Source: an uncultured Oscillospiraceae bacterium (GTDB lineage: Bacteria > Bacillota > Clostridia > Saccharofermentanales > UBA5734). From it: 41,805 nucleotides of DNA. The stretch covers positions 1 through 41,805 of the forward strand of contig CAZOMW010000001.1 of NCBI GenBank assembly GCA_964581135.1, read 5' to 3'. Positions 33,094-41,805 of this stretch are shown here, one piece after another; the stretch's first letter is position 1; every line of letters begins with the position of its first letter. The position numbers were made by a program, and so were the translations under genes. The notes under the pieces are model-generated. The model saw nothing but the letters and a program-made list of their open reading frames with translations, did no database searches and was not told the DNA's origin.

Positions 33094-35355
33094 ATGTTAA
33101 AACTAATGAAATACCTGAGGCCATATGCTCTGGTTATCCTTGTGATCTTCGCATTGCTTTTCGGGCAGGCGATGGCAGACTTGGCATTGCCGGATTATAT
33201 GTCACGCATTGTAAATTACGGTTTGCAGCGCGGAGGTATGGAAGACAGCGTTCCTGAAGTAATGAGGGTTTCCGAATTTGAGCGTCTTAAGCTGTTTATG
33301 AGCAGCGAGGATCAGACTTTTGTTGAAAGTAAATTCGAGACTCTTTCTACAGCCGGCTGTGTAGTCTCAGATGGCGGTGCTGATTTTGCCGCTCTGATCG
33401 AACGCTACCCGATCATCGCGACTGAGCCCGTTATGCGACCTGTTGAACTGTCTGAAAGCGACCGGGAACGCCTCAACAAAATATTCAGTCGGGCTGCGAC
33501 AATGGCCGGATTTATTAAAGCTGCCAGCAGCGGTGAAGTGCTGCCGGGTACCGCCGGTGATCCTGCCGATCTGTTTGGCCGGTTGCCGCCGGGTACTGAT
33601 CTGTTCGCGCTGCTGGCCGAAATGCCAGCCGAACAGAGGCTTGCCTTACTGGCAAAAGCTGAACCTCAGCTAAACGCTTTACCAGCGACTGTGACGGAGC
33701 AGGTCGCTTCAATTTGGTTAAGCGAGGAATATAAAGCCGTGGGGCTTGATACCAACAGAATGCAGACTAACTACATTCTGCGGATTGGTGCCCTGATGCT
33801 GCTTATCGCCTCTGCCGGCGCGGTCGCAACTGTACTCGTCAGCCTTCTGGCCGCGCGCGTTGCCGCCGGTCTGGGCCGCGATCTGCGCAGCCGCGTTTTC
33901 ACTAAAGTTGAATCTTTTTCCAATGCCGAGTTCGCTTCTTTTTCCACGGCTTCTTTGATCACGCGTTCTACCAATGATATTCAGCAAATCCAGATGTCAC
34001 TGGTCATGCTGTTGCGGATTCTGTTTTATGCACCGATTATGGGTGTCGGCGGCATCCTCAAAGTTGTGCGCACAGATGTGTCGATGACCTGGATCATTGC
34101 TCTGGCCGTGGCATTGCTGATGACCCTGATTCTGGTCTTGTTCATCTTCGCGCTGCCCCGTTTCAAGCTGGTTCAGAAGCTGATTGACCGGCTCAATCTT
34201 ACTACACGCGAAATGCTGACCGGCCTTATGGTAATCCGTGCTTTTAATAATGAAGAGCACCAGGAAGAACGTTTCGATGAAACCAACCGGGAACTGACCA
34301 GAGTAAATCTGTTCGTCAACCGGCTGATGATTCTGATGATGCCTTTTATGATGCTGATTATGAACATGACCACCCTGGCAATTGTCTGGTTCGGCGCCAA
34401 ACAGGTTGACCTTGGCAGCATTCAGGTAGGAAGCCTGATGGCTTTTATGCAATACGCGACACAGATAATCTTCGCCTTCCTGTTTGTATCCTTTGCCTTT
34501 ATTCTGCTGCCGCGTGCCAGCGTTTCCGCCGCCCGAATCGACGAGGTTCTCAGTGTGGAACCGGTGATTCTTGATCCGGCTGAACCCGTCAGCTTTCCGG
34601 CTGCAGCAACTGGCGAGGTTGTTTTCGACAATGTCAGTTTCCGTTATCCGGATGCAGATGAAAATGTAATCTGCAATATCAGCTTTACCGCCCGACCGGG
34701 TGAAACCACTGCGTTTATCGGTAGTACCGGCAGCGGTAAATCAACGATTGTAAATCTTATTCCGCGTTTCTATGACGTTTCCAGCGGCAGCATCCGCATC
34801 GACGGTATCGATGTACGTGATGTTAACATGGCAGAGCTGCGGCAGCGCATTGGCTATGTACCGCAACAAGGCGTTTTGTTTACCGGCGACATTGCAAGCA
34901 ACATCCGTTATGGTAAGTCGGATGCTGATGACGCTGAAGTCAGGCATGCTGCTGAAATAGCTCAGGCGTTGGAATTCATTAACCAGAGCCCGGCAGGTTT
35001 CGAGACCGAAATCGCCCAGGGTGGTGCCAATGTTTCCGGCGGTCAGCGGCAGCGGCTTTCGATTGCCCGCGCTTTGGCAAGAAGACCGGATATTTATATT
35101 TTTGATGACAGCTTTTCTGCGCTTGACTATCGCACTGATGCACGTTTGCGTCAGGCGCTTAAAGCGGATACAGCCAAAGCAACCATACTGATTGTAGCTC
35201 AGCGGGTCGGCACAATAATTAACGCTGAACAGATCGTGGTGCTGGAGGAAGGCCGGGTAGTAGGAATCGGTACCCATCGCGAGCTCTTGAAAACCTGTCC
35301 GGTTTATCATGAAATCGCGCTTTCGCAGCTTTCACAAGAGGAGTTGGCAGTATGA
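33094..35355 (+). CDS. ABC exporter half-transporter (TMD-NBD), degenerate-site subunit, with a large extracytoplasmic insert
   Basis: Walker A GSTGSGKST and signature VSGGQRQRLSIARAL. Walker B is IYIFDDS (Asp replaces the catalytic Glu) and the H-loop is VAQRVG (Gln replaces His). A soluble insert of about 180 aa lies between TM1 and TM2. The start is moved to ATG 33094 (MLKLMKYLRPY). Confidence 0.9.
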   Translation: MLKLMKYLRPYALVILVIFALLFGQAMADLALPDYMSRIVNYGLQRGGMEDSVPEVMRVSEFERLKLFMSSEDQTFVESKFETLSTAGCVVSDGGADFAALIERYPIIATEPVMRPVELSESDRERLNKIFSRAATMAGFIKAASSGEVLPGTAGDPADLFGRLPPGTDLFALLAEMPAEQRLALLAKAEPQLNALPATVTEQVASIWLSEEYKAVGLDTNRMQTNYILRIGALMLLIASAGAVATVLVSLLAARVAAGLGRDLRSRVFTKVESFSNAEFASFSTASLITRSTNDIQQIQMSLVMLLRILFYAPIMGVGGILKVVRTDVSMTWIIALAVALLMTLILVLFIFALPRFKLVQKLIDRLNLTTREMLTGLMVIRAFNNEEHQEERFDETNRELTRVNLFVNRLMILMMPFMMLIMNMTTLAIVWFGAKQVDLGSIQVGSLMAFMQYATQIIFAFLFVSFAFILLPRASVSAARIDEVLSVEPVILDPAEPVSFPAAATGEVVFDNVSFRYPDADENVICNISFTARPGETTAFIGSTGSGKSTIVNLIPRFYDVSSGSIRIDGIDVRDVNMAELRQRIGYVPQQGVLFTGDIASNIRYGKSDADDAEVRHAAEIAQALEFINQSPAGFETEIAQGGANVSGGQRQRLSIARALARRPDIYIFDDSFSALDYRTDARLRQALKADTAKATILIVAQRVGTIINAEQIVVLEEGRVVGIGTHRELLKTCPVYHEIALSQLSQEELAV

Positions 35356-37292
35356 GCACCAGGCTTGATAAAGTTCGCAAAGACATTGAAACAGGCAAGG
35401 ACGCCGCACCGCCTGCAGGTGCTGCAGGCCGCGGGCCCGGGCCCGGGCGGGGCGGACCCGGTCACGGCGGGCCGGCCGGTGCCATGATGGGTGGTGAAAA
35501 GCCGCGCGATTTCAAGGGTTCGCTGGCTAAGCTAACCCGCTTCCTGCGCCCATATTGGTTCAAAATTATTCTGGTTATGCTGTTCGCAGCTGCCAGCACG
35601 GTTTTCAGTATCGCCGGTCCGAAAATTCTCAGTCAGGCGATTAATACACTCTACGAAGGTGTTATAGGCAAGATGACCGGCAGCGGTCAGGGCATCGATT
35701 TTACAAGCATTGGCCGTGTGCTGCTGTTGCTGCTTGGACTATATGGATTAAGCTCTGTGCTTACTTACATTCAGGGGTTCATCATGAGCGGCCTGGCGCA
35801 GCACATCAGCTATTCACTGCGGCGTGACATTTCGTTGAAAATCAAAAAACTGCCATTAAGTTATTTTGATAAAACAACTCACGGCGAAGTATTGTCGCGC
35901 GTTACCAATGACGTTGATACCGTCAGCCACACGCTGAATCAGAGCCTGTCGCAGCTGGTTACCTCGATCGCGACCATAGTGGGCGCCCTGATTATGATGC
36001 TGTCGATCAGCCTGATCATGACTCTGTCGGCTGTAATCGTGCTGCCGCTTTCAATGCTGGTGATTCAACTGATTGTTAAGCGTTCGCAAAAATATTTCCG
36101 GGCACAGCAGACATATCTGGGCCATCTAAACGGCCATGTTGAAGAAATGTACGGCGGCCACCTGGTTGTTAAGGCGTTCAGCGGTGAAGCGCGTTCAATC
36201 GAAACCTTTGAAGAAATAAATTCCGAGCTTTACAAATCGTCCTGGAAGTCGCAGTTCCTGTCCGGCATAATGATGCCACTGATGGGTTTTGTCGGCAATC
36301 TGGGTTATGTTCTTGTCGTTCTGATCGGGGCGCTGCAGACCGCCCGCGGCACCATCCTTGTTGGCGATATTGTTGCTTTTATCCAGTATGTGCGCATGTT
36401 CAACCAGCCGATTACTCAGCTGGCCAGCGTTGCCAACGTCCTGCAGTCAACTACTGCCGCCGCTGAACGTGTCTTTGAATTCCTGGAAGAGCCTGAAGAA
36501 CCGGTTGACATAGCTGAAGCCGCCTCTGTGGAAAATATTGTTGGACGGGTCAGCTTCCATGAGGTCAGTTTTGGCTACAATCCTGATCAGACAGTCATTT
36601 CCAACTTTTCGACCGATATCCTGCCCGGCCGGAAGGTAGCTATTGTCGGTCCTACAGGCGCCGGCAAGACAACCATTGTTAAGCTGCTGATGCGTTTTTA
36701 TGATGTCAGGTCCGGGGCGATTAAAATTGACGGAACAGATATCCGTGAGTTTAAACGCAGTGATTTGCGTGGCTTGTTCGGTATGGTTCTGCAGGATACC
36801 TGGCTGTTCAACGGCACAATCAGCGAAAACATCCGCTTCAGCCGGCAGGATGCCACAGATGAAGAAGTTGAGGCAGCGGCCCGTGCGGCTTCAGCCGATC
36901 ACTTTATCCGCACCCTGCCCGGTGGCTACGATATGGTGCTGAATGAAGAAGTGAGCAACATTTCGCAAGGGCAGAAGCAGTTGCTGACCATTGCCCGCGC
37001 TATCCTTGCCGACCCGCGGATTCTGATTCTGGATGAAGCGACCAGTTCTGTTGATACCCGTACCGAAGTATTAATTCAAAAAGCGATGGCAAGGCTGATG
37101 CGGGGCCGCACCAGCTTTATCATCGCTCATCGTCTTTCGACAATACGAGATGCTGACCTGATTCTGGTTTTACGAGATGGCGATATCGTCGAGCAGGGCA
37201 CTCATTCGGAGCTGCTGGCCGCCAATGGTTTTTACAGTGAGTTGTACCGCAGTCAGTTTGAAACCGGCATATCTGAAAGCAACGGGGCTTAA
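35352..37292 (+). CDS. ABC exporter half-transporter (TMD-NBD), consensus-site subunit
   Basis: Walker A GPTGAGKTT, Walker B ILILDEATS and H-loop IAHRLS, but a deviant signature ISQGQKQ. The N-terminus is Gly/Pro-rich (GRGPGPGRGGPGHGGPAG). An ATGA overlap links it to the partner gene. Confidence 0.92.
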   Translation: MSTRLDKVRKDIETGKDAAPPAGAAGRGPGPGRGGPGHGGPAGAMMGGEKPRDFKGSLAKLTRFLRPYWFKIILVMLFAAASTVFSIAGPKILSQAINTLYEGVIGKMTGSGQGIDFTSIGRVLLLLLGLYGLSSVLTYIQGFIMSGLAQHISYSLRRDISLKIKKLPLSYFDKTTHGEVLSRVTNDVDTVSHTLNQSLSQLVTSIATIVGALIMMLSISLIMTLSAVIVLPLSMLVIQLIVKRSQKYFRAQQTYLGHLNGHVEEMYGGHLVVKAFSGEARSIETFEEINSELYKSSWKSQFLSGIMMPLMGFVGNLGYVLVVLIGALQTARGTILVGDIVAFIQYVRMFNQPITQLASVANVLQSTTAAAERVFEFLEEPEEPVDIAEAASVENIVGRVSFHEVSFGYNPDQTVISNFSTDILPGRKVAIVGPTGAGKTTIVKLLMRFYDVRSGAIKIDGTDIREFKRSDLRGLFGMVLQDTWLFNGTISENIRFSRQDATDEEVEAAARAASADHFIRTLPGGYDMVLNEEVSNISQGQKQLLTIARAILADPRILILDEATSSVDTRTEVLIQKAMARLMRGRTSFIIAHRLSTIRDADLILVLRDGDIVEQGTHSELLAANGFYSELYRSQFETGISESNGA

Positions 37293-37357
37293 CGTTAACC
37301 GTTTATCAACTAAGGCTGACTGAAGAAAACGGCTACAGCTGATCTCAACAGTCTGAC

Positions 37358-37391
37358 AAAAAGTCTGCGCCTGTGAAGGCGCAGACTTTTT
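37358..37391. terminator. Bidirectional intrinsic terminator
   Basis: Perfect 14-bp stem aaaaagtctgcgcc / ggcgcagacttttt with a 6-nt loop. The A/T runs on both sides serve the convergent genes ending at 37292 (+) and 37420 (-). Confidence 0.85.
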
Positions 37392-37419
37392 CAACGACAG
37401 CTTTTTCAGAGTAAGTTTT

Positions 37420-38850
37420 TTAGCGATTGCCTTCCTCGTAAAATTTCAGATACTGCTGATAACGGGCGCGGATACGTCCCGAATTCTCTGAGTCTGGTTC
37501 TGGAGGTGTGCCCCGGTCACCGTGGAAATCTTCCGGACTATCAATCAGACCCAGAGCTGCCATGCCCATCGCGGCGCCGCCGAGCAGGGAAGCCTGGCTT
37601 GACTTTGCGATCCGCAGCGGCTGATTCCACAGGTCTGCCGCCATCTGTGACCAGATGCGGGAGTTATTGATGCCTCCTGAGATGCGGATTTCGTACGGCG
37701 CGTCGGTAGCCGTGGTCAGGAGCTCGTAGCACTGGTAGAGATTAAACAGAATGCCTTCGAGCAAAGCTGTATAGAGCTCGGGCAGCCGATGTGCCGCCAG
37801 AATACCGGCAAAACCACCGCGGCGGCTGTCCATCCAGCCCGGGCAGCGCTCGCCGTAAAGGAAAGGCAGGAAGGTAGGCGGCGTGGACATATCTGCCCGC
37901 AGAACCATATTATCCATTTCGCGGTAGCTCATTTCAGGGGTGAAAGCAATTTTAAACCAGTCAACACAGTTGGTGGCGCCGTTGGTGGCGGCACCGCAGA
38001 TATAGCGATCCGGCGCGTAATAGCACCAGGTGCCGGGACTCTGAGGCAGGATCGGTTTGTCAGATGTAACGCGCAGAGCGCCGCTGGTACCGACAGAAAG
38101 GGTCATGATACCAGGCTTCAGCGCACCGGCGCCAACCTGATTCATGGAACCGTCCGGATAAGGCAGGCCGACAGGAATACCCGGTTTCACACCAAGCAGT
38201 TTAGCTGCTTCCGGCAACAGTGTTGCGTAAGCGTTATCTTTATCGTAGCGCTGTACTTCAGGTAATTGACTAAGTGAGATACCGGCCATTTCGACTGTCT
38301 GCGGATTCCAGTCCAATGTATGCGTATTCAGCAGGGCTGTGCCGGAAAACAGGCTGGTGCTGGCACGCAGCTCCCCAGTCAGGCGCTGGTAAAGGAAGCT
38401 GCCCTGATCCACTACCTTGTCGTCGGGAGCGATCATTTTCTTTTGCTGCAGCAGCATCAGCTTATACAGGGGATAGATAGCATGCGGCATACAGCCGGTT
38501 TCATAATAGAGAGTGCGGGTCAGTTCTTCATTTGCCCGGATCGGCATGGCAACGGCCGAAGCGTCGCGCCAGGCCCAGGTTAAAATACGTGTTTTCGGGC
38601 GCAGATTGCTGTCGGTGATCATTACACTATGCCAGGTGCAGTTGAGCGCCACTACCTCAATATCGTAATCTTCGGCCACTTCACGGCCGATTTCAAAGAT
38701 CATCGCCATCATACCTTCGGCTTCTATAGTCGAACCATCGCTGACAGATTCCGGATACATCCGGGTAATCATGTTGACTACACCCTTTTCCGGTTCGTAA
38801 ACCATGGCTTTCGCCGCGGAGGTACTGGCTTCGAGAACAAGTATTGCCAT
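37420..38850 (-). CDS. FGGY-family carbohydrate kinase (gluconokinase/xylulokinase-like)
   Basis: MAILVLEASTSAAKAMVY N-terminal phosphate motif, GTSGALRV and ISGGINNS. The start is moved to ATG 38850 because AGGGAGA lies 5 nt upstream. Confidence 0.85.
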   Translation of the reverse strand: MAILVLEASTSAAKAMVYEPEKGVVNMITRMYPESVSDGSTIEAEGMMAMIFEIGREVAEDYDIEVVALNCTWHSVMITDSNLRPKTRILTWAWRDASAVAMPIRANEELTRTLYYETGCMPHAIYPLYKLMLLQQKKMIAPDDKVVDQGSFLYQRLTGELRASTSLFSGTALLNTHTLDWNPQTVEMAGISLSQLPEVQRYDKDNAYATLLPEAAKLLGVKPGIPVGLPYPDGSMNQVGAGALKPGIMTLSVGTSGALRVTSDKPILPQSPGTWCYYAPDRYICGAATNGATNCVDWFKIAFTPEMSYREMDNMVLRADMSTPPTFLPFLYGERCPGWMDSRRGGFAGILAAHRLPELYTALLEGILFNLYQCYELLTTATDAPYEIRISGGINNSRIWSQMAADLWNQPLRIAKSSQASLLGGAAMGMAALGLIDSPEDFHGDRGTPPEPDSENSGRIRARYQQYLKFYEEGNR

Positions 38851-38943
38851 ATGCGTCTCCCTGTTAAAATTATTAAACCGACCGAACAATCAGCACAGAA
38901 AAAAGCTTTTGCTGAACTGCGGATATGTTCGATTGTTATGAAT

Positions 38944-38972
38944 ATTATAAGGAACGGTATCTGGTTAAGCAA
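38944..38972 (-). promoter_or_regulatory. Candidate promoter of the 38850 kinase gene (minus strand)
   Basis: The minus strand reads TTGCTT, a 17-nt spacer, then TATAAT. On the plus strand these are aagcaa at 38967-38972 and attata at 38944-38949. Confidence 0.5.
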
Positions 38973-38974
38973 TG

Positions 38975-39003
38975 CAGCGAGGTAATCCAGCGAGGTAATC
39001 CAG
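38975..39003. repeat. Tandem 13-mer (cagcgaggtaatc) x2 plus a partial third copy
   Basis: 38975-38987 and 38988-39000 are identical and are followed by cag. The repeat lies immediately 3' of the ubiB-like stop codon (39007-39009, minus strand). Confidence 0.85.
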
Positions 39004-39006
39004 GCG

Positions 39007-40713
39007 CTATTTCATTTTACGTCCGCGCAGCATGGAAATAATCAAACCGGCAACTATTACCAGTGAAATAAGGATGCCTGAGCGCAGCACAAAGGAATTG
39101 ATCAGCAGGGCAGAAGCATCGGTATTGGCAATTATGCTGGAGCCGATAATTATGCCGGCGATAATAATACTGACGGCAAGCAGAACAACAGCGAACGCCA
39201 GACGGTTGAAGATCTGATTGATCTGGTGGTAGATGGATTTACGGTTTTTCAGATCAATGAATACTGTATAGTCATCGTCCTCCAGCTTGCGCAGAAAATT
39301 CAGGGCGCTGACCGGCGCCTCCCGTATAAGATGGTCATAAGCGGCAGCAGTAGAAGCAAGGCGCCGTGTGTAATCACGCGGGTTGAAAGATTCGCTTAAT
39401 AAATTTTTAGTGATTGGCTTCATTATAGTCAGCAGGTCAAGTGAATTATCAAGCTTGTCGACGATGCTTTCCAGCGTAACTAGCATTTTAGCGACCAACG
39501 CCAGCTCGCCCGGTATCCGCACATGGTATTTTCGCGCCAGGTCGAAAACCTCAAACAACAGCTCACCAACCTTGATTTCTTCAATTGGCAGCTCCAGAAA
39601 ACGCTCCAGCAGCAAATTTATATCGTTGCGAAAGCGGTGCAGCATTGAGCGCTTTTTCATGGTATCAAGCGCGATTATCGCTTCCATAACCCTGCCGCCG
39701 TCGCTGCCGGCCATTCCAATCAGCATTTCACTGAGGATCCGTTTGCGTGAAGCGGAAAGCCGACCCACCTGGCCCAGATCAATAAAGGCGAGCCTGCCGT
39801 CGGCCATCACAAAAAGGTTGCCGGGATGAGGGTCGGCGTGGAAAAATCCATCCCGCAGCATCTGCTGCGCAAGAGTGCGCGAAAGCCTCATGCCCAGCTC
39901 GCGGCAGTCAAAACCGGCCGCTTTCAGTTCCTGAGTCTGATTGATGCTGATGCCCTCAATCCGTTCCATCGTCAGGACACAGCGCGTGGTGTAAACCCAG
40001 TGTATTTCCGGGAAGTGAATGGTGGGATCGTCTGCGAAATTGCGCCGGAACCGGTCCGCATTTTCACCTTCGCGTACGAAATCAAGCTCATTAAGTAAAG
40101 CTGTTTCGAGCTCCGCGACCATGCTGGCGAATTCGTACTGCTCGCCCAGACGACTGTGGCGGTCGAGCAAGCCGGCAATATCTTTCAGAATATCAAGATC
40201 AGTTTTAATCTGTTTTACGATCTCAGGGCGCTGAACTTTGACAGCAACCTCCTGACCGGAAGCTAGTCGGGCAAGATGGACCTGTGAAATGGATGCTGAA
40301 GCCAGAGGCTGCTTTTTTATCTCGCTGAAAACCTCAGTTGGCGGTTTGCCGAAAGCATCAATCAGTACAGATTCTATATCACTCCAGGGTATAGGACTGA
40401 CTGATTGCTGCAGCTTTTCCAGTTCAAAGATAATATCTGCCGGTAGCAGGTCGGGACGGGTGCTGAGCAGCTGACCGATTTTGACAAACGTCGGGCCCAG
40501 AGTTTCACAGACCCGCCGCAGCCTAACCCCTGCTGTCAGGCTATCTTTTCTGGCCGCTGTTTCAGCTGATTTATCCTGATAAACCTGTCGCGGGCTGAGG
40601 CGCAGGGCGCGGAAAATGCCGGCCTGTCTTAATAAAAGACCGAAACCGTTTTTCGCCAGAACAGTTACGATCTGGCGATAACGATTCAGGTGAAGGCGTG
40701 ATACTGAAGGCAT
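39007..40713 (-). CDS. ABC1/UbiB (AarF/ADCK) atypical protein-kinase-family protein with a C-terminal TM anchor
   Basis: ASASISQVHLARLASGQEVAVKVQRPE, GFFHADPHPGNLF and IDLGQVG motifs. Two C-terminal hydrophobic segments follow (FAVVLLAVSIIIAGIIIGS; LISLVIVAGLIISML). Confidence 0.9.
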   Translation of the reverse strand: MPSVSRLHLNRYRQIVTVLAKNGFGLLLRQAGIFRALRLSPRQVYQDKSAETAARKDSLTAGVRLRRVCETLGPTFVKIGQLLSTRPDLLPADIIFELEKLQQSVSPIPWSDIESVLIDAFGKPPTEVFSEIKKQPLASASISQVHLARLASGQEVAVKVQRPEIVKQIKTDLDILKDIAGLLDRHSRLGEQYEFASMVAELETALLNELDFVREGENADRFRRNFADDPTIHFPEIHWVYTTRCVLTMERIEGISINQTQELKAAGFDCRELGMRLSRTLAQQMLRDGFFHADPHPGNLFVMADGRLAFIDLGQVGRLSASRKRILSEMLIGMAGSDGGRVMEAIIALDTMKKRSMLHRFRNDINLLLERFLELPIEEIKVGELLFEVFDLARKYHVRIPGELALVAKMLVTLESIVDKLDNSLDLLTIMKPITKNLLSESFNPRDYTRRLASTAAAYDHLIREAPVSALNFLRKLEDDDYTVFIDLKNRKSIYHQINQIFNRLAFAVVLLAVSIIIAGIIIGSSIIANTDASALLINSFVLRSGILISLVIVAGLIISMLRGRKMK

Positions 40714-40718
40714 ACCGG

Positions 40719-41153
40719 CTACATACCGGTTTCTGAACCTGCCGGCTGATCAGCGGCGGTGGATTTTGTAACGGTGTCATCTGAAGCGGGAGAACAGCCG
40801 GAACAACCTGCGTCCGTAGTTGCTTCGCCTGTGTTAACGCCGGCTTCCCGGGCTGCCAGTGCAGCCTCAACCTGTTCGCGCACCATACGTTCGAGCTCAG
40901 ATTTACGGGCGGCTTCATCTTTCAGGCCAACTTTCGTCAGTGCTTTATCAACTTCGCTGCTGATCAGTTTCTGAATTTCATCCCGACCTGCCTTGCCCTT
41001 TTCGATCAGTTCATCGGCCACTTTGCGGGCATCTTTGTTGGCTACTTCGCCGCGTTTTACCATTTCTTCGACCAGTTCTTCAATTTTTTCCTTGGAATAG
41101 ACTGCCAGGCCGAGTCCGAAATCGATTGTTTTTCTGACAAGATTGTCAGACAT
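40719..41153 (-). CDS. Phasin-like (PHA-granule-regulator-like, COG3937-type) helical protein
   Basis: MSDNLVRKTIDFGLGLAVYSKEKIEELVEEMVKRGEVANKDARK... is typical of this family. RBS AAGGAGGTG. The stop lies 5 nt before the ubiB-like ATG. Confidence 0.72.
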   Translation of the reverse strand: MSDNLVRKTIDFGLGLAVYSKEKIEELVEEMVKRGEVANKDARKVADELIEKGKAGRDEIQKLISSEVDKALTKVGLKDEAARKSELERMVREQVEAALAAREAGVNTGEATTDAGCSGCSPASDDTVTKSTAADQPAGSETGM

Positions 41154-41342
41154 GCAAACGCACCTCCTTGCCGTACCGGCGGTCAGGCAAGCTGCAGGAT
41201 TACAGTCCAGCCGCCAGCTGATTTCATGATAGCACCGGGCGTAAAGGTGCGCAAACAGGTTTGTGACGGAACGCAGGCTTTATGGTAATAAGCAGGTGAT
41301 TCGCAGATGCCCTGACGTTTTACAGAGCTGTGATAAATGTTT

Positions 41343-41804
41343 TTAGGGCAGCGGCTGTTGCTTAACCGGCCATTCCACCAGCAGAATTGCAGTGAAAATT
41401 ATCAGTCCACCCAGGATCAGGCGGACAGAAAATGTTTCAAAACCGAAGACGACTGAAAGCAGGCTGCCAAAAAGTGCTTCCAGCGACAGAAGTATCGCGG
41501 TGCGCGAAGCAGAAGTGTGGCGTTGGGCATAAGTCTGGAGAAAATAAGCAACACATGAGCTGAACAGCAGCAGATAGAGGATAGCAGGAGCTCCCATTTC
41601 CCAATTGATACTTTTAAGCGAAACCCAGTCAAAAGGCAGGACCAGCAGTGAACAGACGGCAGCAGTAAACATTTGCAGGAATATCAGACGCGGAACACTG
41701 ACTTTCGTTAAAGCCGATTCCAGCGCGATTAATTGAAACGCGAAACAAACAGCGCAGGCGAGAGTCAGCAGGTCGCCGCTCAGATGCGCGTCGCTAAGAC
41801 CCTG
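41343..41804 (-). CDS. DMT/EamA-family permease, 5' end outside the window
   Basis: The frame is open to the window edge (QGLSDAHLSGDLLTLACAVCFAFQLIALE...), with an EamA-repeat-like C-terminal half of hydrophobic segments. The track lists only the Met-initiated part, 41343..41672. Confidence 0.82.
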   Translation of the reverse strand, partial: QGLSDAHLSGDLLTLACAVCFAFQLIALESALTKVSVPRLIFLQMFTAAVCSLLVLPFDWVSLKSINWEMGAPAILYLLLFSSCVAYFLQTYAQRHTSASRTAILLSLEALFGSLLSVVFGFETFSVRLILGGLIIFTAILLVEWPVKQQPLP

Positions 41805-41805
41805 G

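Noticed and set aside
35420-35485. GC-rich, locally repetitive tract (gggcccgggcccgggcggggcggacccgg...)
   Set aside because: It is in frame within the ABC subunit and encodes a Gly/Pro/Arg low-complexity N-terminus. It is not a non-coding repeat or a CRISPR-like element.

Overview
This is a 41.8-kb chromosomal segment with a Bacillota (Clostridia-like) signature: AGGAGG-type ribosome-binding sites, many ATGA/TAATG start-stop overlaps, and a CsoR/CopZ/CopA copper module. I support 34 protein-coding genes. I saw no rRNA, tRNA, CRISPR array, transposase or integrase.

Gene layout, left to right:
- glmS (5' end outside the window) with a stand-alone hexapeptide-repeat protein.
- A NiaR repressor followed by a small 6-TM transporter that sits behind a promoter-overlapping palindrome.
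- A secreted coiled-coil M23 peptidase on the minus strand.
- A co-directional 9-gene accessory metabolic cluster (5.4-14.1 kb): SDR, RpiB, 3-hydroxyacyl-CoA-DH-like protein, AEC permease, nucleobase-deaminase-like amidohydrolase, nucleoside phosphorylase, second AEC permease, D-TA-family PLP enzyme and PIG-L deacetylase. It runs straight into sbcD-sbcC.
- copA-copZ-csoR with a CsoR-type operator.
- A second accessory carbohydrate region (21.8-32.8 kb): 2-hydroxyacid DH, FGGY kinase, CE7 esterase, transketolase, SDR, an atypical 448-aa transaldolase-fold protein, a DHDPS/NAL-family aldolase, a GntR regulator and a convergent ROK regulator.
- A heterodimeric ABC exporter with one degenerate ATP site.
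- A second FGGY kinase, a phasin-like protein plus UbiB/ABC1 kinase pair, and a truncated DMT/EamA permease.

The best candidates for undescribed biology:
1. The oversized, divergent transaldolase-fold enzyme and its own GntR-controlled operon with a second class-I aldolase. This operon lies beside a kinase/esterase/transketolase operon that has no obvious importer.
2. The regulator-less deaminase/phosphorylase/RpiB/PLP/deacetylase cluster with two AEC permeases.

All functional calls come from motif recognition by eye. No database search, HMM scan or statistic was run.
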